This document shows, piece after piece, positions 58,587 to 64,000 of a DNA stretch of 64,000 nt. Both the position numbers and the translations under genes were made by a program. The stretch comes from an uncultured Pelagibacteraceae bacterium (GTDB lineage Bacteria > Pseudomonadota > Alphaproteobacteria > Pelagibacterales > Pelagibacteraceae): NCBI GenBank assembly GCA_902570715.1, contig CACFZB010000001.1:5615-69614 (forward strand), in the 5' to 3' direction. The notes beneath the pieces were generated by a model. The model saw nothing but the letters and a program-made list of their open reading frames with translations. It was not told the DNA's origin and ran no database searches. Each line of letters begins with the position of its first letter. The stretch's first letter is position 1.

Positions 58587-60361
58587 TGAAGTATCCTAAA
58601 GAATATCTTGATGAAATTAAAACAAGATTAAAAGTTTCAACAGTTGTATCAAAATCTGTTGCTCTAAAGAAAAGGGGAAAAGAATTTGTTGGTTTATCAC
58701 CATTTAAAAATGAGAAGACCCCATCTTTTACAGTTAATGATGAAAAAGAATTTTATCATTGTTTTGCAACATCAGAGCATGGAAACATTTTTGATTTTGT
58801 AATGAAAATTCAAAATCTTAAATTTGGTGAGGCAGTAAAACATTTAGCCCAATTAGCTGGGATGCAACCTTATATGTTCTCAAAACAAGATGAGGAAAGA
58901 GAAAAAAAGTGGAAAGAATACCAATCAATCTTTAGTCAATATGTAGATTTTTATCATAACGAATTGTTAAAAAATGAGAGTTGTTCTGTTGCTAGAGATT
59001 ATTTAAAAAATAGATCTATAACTAAAGAAGAGGTTAAAAAATTTAAAATTGGATATATACAAAAAAATCCAAATTTCTATGAAAAATTAAAAGATAATTA
59101 TAGTGAGCAAACTTTAACTGAAACTGGTTTGTTTTATTTGGATGAAAAAAAGAAAATATATGTTGAAAGATTTAGAGGGAGATTAATTTTTCCAATCAAT
59201 AACATTTCAGGTCAACCTATAGCACTAGGTGGAAGAATAATTGAAAATCTAGACTATTTAGCTAAATATATAAACTCACCTGAAACGAATTTTTTTAAAA
59301 AAGGATCCAATTTATATAATTTAGATGTAGCTAGAAAACTTTCTAACAAAATAGATCACATTTATTTAGTCGAGGGTTATATGGATGTAGTTGGTTTAAG
59401 TAAAAATGGTCTCGAAAATGCAGTTGCAAATCTTGGAACTTCTTTAACAGATAAACAAATTTTAACTCTTAACCAATTTTTTGATGATATCATTATTTGC
59501 TTTGATGGTGATGAAAGTGGTTATAAAGCAGCATTAAGAGCAGCAGAGAATTCTATTAAAGAATTAAAACCCGAAAAACAAATTTCTTTTTTATTTTTAC
59601 CAAACAAGGAAGATCCTGATAGCTATGTGAATAAAAATGGTAAAGCTAATTTTATTGAATTTACTAAACAAAGCAAGTTATCTATTCATAAATTTATTTT
59701 TAATCATTATAAAAAACAAACAGAAAACAATCCTTCCTCGTTAGCAATTTTTGAAAAAAAATTGAGAAGTATTGCAAACACAATTAAAGACAATTTTATA
59801 AAAAAATATGTATTAGAATATTTCTTAGAAAAAATCGCAGAATTAACACCTCATTCTAATCAAAATAAGAAAAAGTTTTTTGTTAAAAGAGCAAAATCAC
59901 TAGATACTACCAAGAAGCATTTTAATGATAGTCAATCACTGACTGGTGTAGAGCTTAAAGAATTCTCTTTATTATATTTAGCAATGAATAATTTAAATTT
60001 ATTACAAGCAAATATACATTTAATTGAAAATATTAAATTATTTACTGAAGTTAATAAAAAGATATTTGAACTAATAATTGAGAAGCTGAAAACTGGAGAG
60101 CAAATTACAATTGAAGATTTAAAGTTAGATAGTCAATTGTTAGAAAAAATAAACAAATTTGCACCCATCAAACATATTCTTAAAAATCAAGCTGATGATG
60201 ATCAAAAAACTATTGAGTTATTAGACGATATCTCAAGAGATCTGATGAATTATGATCTTGAGTTCAGAATCCAAGAATTAGAATCGAGGTTTTCAGTTGA
60301 CATGAGCGAGACCACATTTAATGAGCTAAAAGAGCTTAAAAAAAAGCAAAATATCAATTAA
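58586..60361 (+). CDS. dnaG: DNA primase
   Basis: EKTPSF, RFRGRLIFPI, KYINSPET, VEGYMDV, FDGDESG, DPD. Confidence 0.97.
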   Translation: MKYPKEYLDEIKTRLKVSTVVSKSVALKKRGKEFVGLSPFKNEKTPSFTVNDEKEFYHCFATSEHGNIFDFVMKIQNLKFGEAVKHLAQLAGMQPYMFSKQDEEREKKWKEYQSIFSQYVDFYHNELLKNESCSVARDYLKNRSITKEEVKKFKIGYIQKNPNFYEKLKDNYSEQTLTETGLFYLDEKKKIYVERFRGRLIFPINNISGQPIALGGRIIENLDYLAKYINSPETNFFKKGSNLYNLDVARKLSNKIDHIYLVEGYMDVVGLSKNGLENAVANLGTSLTDKQILTLNQFFDDIIICFDGDESGYKAALRAAENSIKELKPEKQISFLFLPNKEDPDSYVNKNGKANFIEFTKQSKLSIHKFIFNHYKKQTENNPSSLAIFEKKLRSIANTIKDNFIKKYVLEYFLEKIAELTPHSNQNKKKFFVKRAKSLDTTKKHFNDSQSLTGVELKEFSLLYLAMNNLNLLQANIHLIENIKLFTEVNKKIFELIIEKLKTGEQITIEDLKLDSQLLEKINKFAPIKHILKNQADDDQKTIELLDDISRDLMNYDLEFRIQELESRFSVDMSETTFNELKELKKKQNIN

Positions 60362-60427
60362 ACGTTGCAAATAATTAATGGATTTTTAAAAATTTGATAT
60401 TATATAAGTCTTTTAATTCAAATTACT

Positions 60428-62254
60428 GTGGAAAGAATAATTACAAAATCGTTTGCTAGACTTATGGGTCGTGGAACCCATAGAGGTTTTATCACACACG
60501 AAGAATTGAGTAAATCTCTAGGAAAGAGAAATTTATCTGATGAGAATTTAGCACAGGCTTTTATTCATATCTTGGACGAAAATATAAGTTTAGTTGAAAA
60601 AAAATCTGATTTTAAAGTTTTGAGAAAAAAAGAAAACTCTTCAAAAGAGGAGGGAAAAACAATTGAGAAAAGCGATGATCCTATAAGAATGTATTTACGA
60701 GAAATGGGAGGTGTTGAATTACTTTCTAGAGAAGGAGAAATAGCAATTGCAAAAAGGATAGAGGCAGGAAAAGATGTAATGTTAATTGCGTTGTCGCAAA
60801 GTCCAATTACAGCTCAACAATTTTTTGAGTGGAATGATAAACTTCAAAAAGATGAAATTTTAGTTAGAGAGATTATAGATATAGATACAAATTATATGGA
60901 AGATGAAACTACGGGCCCAAGTGCAAAACAAAAAAACTCTGCAGATTTAGAAAAGGATGAAGAAAATTCAGGTGATGAGGATGATGATTTTAATCCTACA
61001 TTAGCTGCAATGGAATCTGAAATAAAACCAAAAGTTTTAAAAACTGTAAATCACTTAACAAAAGAATATAATAAGCTTATAAAATATCAAAAAGATAAAT
61101 TAAACTGTATTTTAAATTCACAAATTTTTTCCCCAGCAAAGGAAAAAACTTATGAAAAACTCGTTAATGATATATTGGAAAATATAAAATCTCTACAGTT
61201 ATCTCCATCAGTTTTAGAGGAGTTGGTGCAAAAGCATTATGTAGAAAATAAAAAAGTAATTTCATTAGAAGGTAATCTTTTAAGGCTAGCGATAGACCAC
61301 AAAATTCCAAGAAATGAGTTTATTAAATTTTATGTTGGTAATGAGATTAATCCTAATCTAAAAAAATTTTTGGACACCAACACTTTATGGAAGCAATTTT
61401 TTGCAAAAAATAAAGAGCAATTTAAAAATATCAAAGAAAGATTAATTGAGATTAGTCATAAACTTGGAATTTCAGTAACTGATTATAAAAAAATTGTAAG
61501 TAGAATTCAAAAAGGTGAAAAAGAGTCAAGAATTGCAAAAAAAGAGATGGTTGAAGCTAACTTAAGGTTAGTAATATCAATTGCAAAAAAATATACTAAT
61601 AGAGGTCTTCAGTTTCTTGATTTGATTCAAGAGGGTAATATTGGTTTAATGAAAGCAGTAGATAAATTTGAGTATAGAAGAGGCTACAAATTTTCAACTT
61701 ATGCAACATGGTGGATTAGACAAGCAATAACTAGATCTATCGCTGATCAAGCAAGAACAATTAGAATCCCTGTACACATGATTGAGACAATAAATAAAAT
61801 AGTAAGAACTCAAAGGTTAATACTTAGTGAATTTGGAAGGGAGGCAACACCTGAGGAACTGGCAAAGAAATTAAGAATGCCTTTAGATAAAGTAAGAAAA
61901 GTTTTAAAAATTTCTAAAGAGCCTGTTTCTTTAGAGAAACCAGTTGGGGATGAAGAAGATAGTAGTTTAGGAGATTTTATAGAAGATACTAAAGCTTTGG
62001 CTCCTTTAGAGCAAGCGATAAAATCTAATTTAGGAGAGGCAACCACAAAAATTCTATCGACCTTAACTCCTAGAGAGGAGAGAGTGTTGAGAATGAGATT
62101 TGGGGTTGGGATGAATACTGACCATACCCTAGAAGAAGTTGGATTACAATTTTCGGTTACAAGAGAAAGAATAAGACAAATTGAAGCTAAAGCTTTAAGA
62201 AAATTAAAACACCCTAGCAGATCAAAACAATTAAAAAGTTTCTTAGAAAGTTAA
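60428..62254 (+). CDS. rpoD: RNA polymerase primary sigma factor
   Basis: [53 protein letters not shown]; GTG start. Confidence 0.98.
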   Translation: MERIITKSFARLMGRGTHRGFITHEELSKSLGKRNLSDENLAQAFIHILDENISLVEKKSDFKVLRKKENSSKEEGKTIEKSDDPIRMYLREMGGVELLSREGEIAIAKRIEAGKDVMLIALSQSPITAQQFFEWNDKLQKDEILVREIIDIDTNYMEDETTGPSAKQKNSADLEKDEENSGDEDDDFNPTLAAMESEIKPKVLKTVNHLTKEYNKLIKYQKDKLNCILNSQIFSPAKEKTYEKLVNDILENIKSLQLSPSVLEELVQKHYVENKKVISLEGNLLRLAIDHKIPRNEFIKFYVGNEINPNLKKFLDTNTLWKQFFAKNKEQFKNIKERLIEISHKLGISVTDYKKIVSRIQKGEKESRIAKKEMVEANLRLVISIAKKYTNRGLQFLDLIQEGNIGLMKAVDKFEYRRGYKFSTYATWWIRQAITRSIADQARTIRIPVHMIETINKIVRTQRLILSEFGREATPEELAKKLRMPLDKVRKVLKISKEPVSLEKPVGDEEDSSLGDFIEDTKALAPLEQAIKSNLGEATTKILSTLTPREERVLRMRFGVGMNTDHTLEEVGLQFSVTRERIRQIEAKALRKLKHPSRSKQLKSFLES

Positions 62255-62269
62255 TAGAAAATCTTATTA

Positions 62270-62344
62270 GGGCCGTTAGCTCAATAGTAGAGTACTGCAT
62301 TGACATTGCAGGGGTAGTTGGAGCGTAACCAACACGGCCCACCA
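62270..62344 (+). tRNA. tRNA-Val (GAC), atypical D- and T-loops
   Basis: GGGCCGT/ACGGCCC acceptor, CTGCA-TTGACAT-TGCAG anticodon arm, GTTGG-AGCGTAA-CCAAC T arm, A73, encoded CCA. Confidence 0.85.
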
Positions 62345-62368
62345 ACTATTGAACTAATTTATAATCCA

Positions 62369-62397
62369 TTGAATTATTATTTATTAAAAGCTATAAA
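62369..62397 (+). promoter_or_regulatory. Putative sigma70 promoter of the methyltransferase-glycosyltransferase genes
   Basis: TTGAAT-N17-TATAAA ending 8 nt before ATG 62406; weak evidence in AT-rich DNA. Confidence 0.4.
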
Positions 62398-62405
62398 TAT
62401 TTGAG

Positions 62406-63050
62406 ATGTCTTTGCAAAGCTTTTTTGAAAAAAAATTTAAAAAAAATAGAGATTTAGTGAAAAAGATTAAAACCTTTACAATGAAATTTGGTTTTAATCT
62501 TGAATATTGGCATAGACACGTATCTTATAAAAATATTAAAGAGGATATTGGTTTCTTGGATTTTAAAAATCTAGACGTTCTAGAAATTTCCGCAGGTGAG
62601 TATTGGAAAAATAATTTTAAATTTAAAACTTACAATACGATGAATTTTCCCGAATATGATATTTGTAAAGAAATTAATATTGAAAAAAAATATGATTTAA
62701 TAATTGCTGATAATGTATGGGAACATTTAAAATATCCCTATCGAGCAACAAAAAATGTAATTAAAATGTTAAAAGATAACGGTTATTTTTTAATTATTAC
62801 CCCTTTTCTCGTGCGTGTGCATAATGTTCCTATAGACTGTAGTAGATGGACAGAGGATGGTCTTAAATATCTTTTAAACGAATGCGGATTTTCTTTAGAA
62901 AATATAAAAACAAATTCTTGGGGTAATAAAAAATGTGTAACTGCTGATTTAAGATTAGACGGCTCTTATACTAGATATGGTTTTTTCAGAGATAACAAAA
63001 ATAACAAATTATTTCCAATGCAAGTTTGGGCTATTGCTAAACTAAATTAG
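62406..63050 (+). CDS. Class I SAM-dependent methyltransferase (type-11-like, polysaccharide-cluster type)
   Basis: DVLEISAG, YDLIIADNVWEHL, LKDNGYFLIITPF..VH..PIDCSRW. Confidence 0.8.
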   Translation: MSLQSFFEKKFKKNRDLVKKIKTFTMKFGFNLEYWHRHVSYKNIKEDIGFLDFKNLDVLEISAGEYWKNNFKFKTYNTMNFPEYDICKEINIEKKYDLIIADNVWEHLKYPYRATKNVIKMLKDNGYFLIITPFLVRVHNVPIDCSRWTEDGLKYLLNECGFSLENIKTNSWGNKKCVTADLRLDGSYTRYGFFRDNKNNKLFPMQVWAIAKLN

Positions 63051-63060
63051 ATATATATTT

Positions 63061-64000
63061 TTGATAAGACAAATTAAAAAAAAATCAGAATTAATAATAT
63101 TTTCTCCAAACATTGATCAAGGAGGAGTTGAAAAAAATCTATTTTTATTGACAAATTATTTTTCATCACATTTGAAAAATGTTAGCGTTGTGACTGCAAA
63201 TTTAGAAGACAAAAAATACTTCAATAAGAAAGTAAAAATTTATGCCTCTAGGAATATTTTTTTTAAAAGTAGATTAATTAAAAATTTAATTTGCATTTTT
63301 ATTTTGATAAAATTGATTTTAAGAAAAAAAAATTTACTAATTATTTCGTTTAACTCAAATCTATTTGCAACATTTGTATCAAAAATTTTCAATGTAAAAA
63401 TTATAGTAAGGATTAATGCTTCATCATATGGATGGGCTGGAAATATTTTTAAACAATCAATATTTAAATATTTATTAAAATATCCTAGAGAAATAATTGT
63501 GAATAGTTTAGAACTTAAAAAAGAAATTGACAAAAAATTTGACGTTAAAACACATTGTATTTATGCACCTTTTAATAAAAGATCAATTTCAGGAAGTATT
63601 AAAACAAGTAAAAGATATTTTAACTCTGCTAAAAAAATTTTAAAAATTGTTTTTATAGGTAGATTGGTGGACCAAAAAAATCCCTTTATGTTTTTAGATT
63701 CTTTAGATTTAATTAAGGATAAATTTAAATTTCAAGCATATATTATTGGAAGTGGATACATGAAACCAAATATAAAAAATTATATATACGAAAAATCTTT
63801 AGAAAATAGAGTTTCTTTGATCGAGTATACTAAAAAAGCTATGCAGTATCTTAATCAAAGTGATTTATTGGTATTAACTTCAAAATTTGAAGGTTTACCA
63901 AACGTCTTGATTGAAGCTCAATATTTAAAAAAATACATTATTTCTACAAATTGCCCAACTGGTCCTAAAGAAATCCTTTTAGGAGGAAAAGCGGGTGATT
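63061..64000 (+). CDS. Glycosyltransferase family 4 (GT-B), runs off window end
   Basis: Read manually from TTG 63061: ...FSPNIDQGGVEKN...FIGRLVDQKN...TSKFEGLPNVLIEA...STNCPTGPKEIL (EX7E motif); start uncertain. Confidence 0.88.
   Translation, partial: MIRQIKKKSELIIFSPNIDQGGVEKNLFLLTNYFSSHLKNVSVVTANLEDKKYFNKKVKIYASRNIFFKSRLIKNLICIFILIKLILRKKNLLIISFNSNLFATFVSKIFNVKIIVRINASSYGWAGNIFKQSIFKYLLKYPREIIVNSLELKKEIDKKFDVKTHCIYAPFNKRSISGSIKTSKRYFNSAKKILKIVFIGRLVDQKNPFMFLDSLDLIKDKFKFQAYIIGSGYMKPNIKNYIYEKSLENRVSLIEYTKKAMQYLNQSDLLVLTSKFEGLPNVLIEAQYLKKYIISTNCPTGPKEILLGGKAGD

Overview
Very AT-rich, extremely gene-dense alphaproteobacterial chromosome segment. Gene content and order (cox operon, crtIBY-blh next to ispH and the F0 atp genes, ccrM, petABC, carAB, dnaG-rpoD) point to Ca. 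Pelagibacter / SAR11; this is an inference from synteny and composition. About 62 kb is core housekeeping: aa3 cytochrome c oxidase, retinal biosynthesis, ATP synthase F0, smc, DNA repair (mutY, udg, uvrB, uvrC, rnhA, rnhB), ccrM, the bc1 complex, carAB, dnaG and rpoD, plus tRNA-Gln(TTG) and tRNA-Val(GAC). The last ~1.6 kb (methyltransferase plus GT4 glycosyltransferase) looks like the start of a surface-polysaccharide island anchored on tRNA-Val. I saw no mobile element, CRISPR array, rRNA or complete novel multi-gene system. The strongest oddities are inside core genes: an SMC with no recognisable hinge, a tRNA-Val with a rewired D/T-loop elbow, a family-4-like UDG lacking its Fe-S cysteines and catalytic His, a ccrM promoter with two GANTC sites, a non-acidic sigma70 region 1.1, the cca gene starting 3 nt after a tRNA CCA end, and a zero-gap divergent dciA/mutY junction. 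All calls come from reading motifs by eye; no searches were run.
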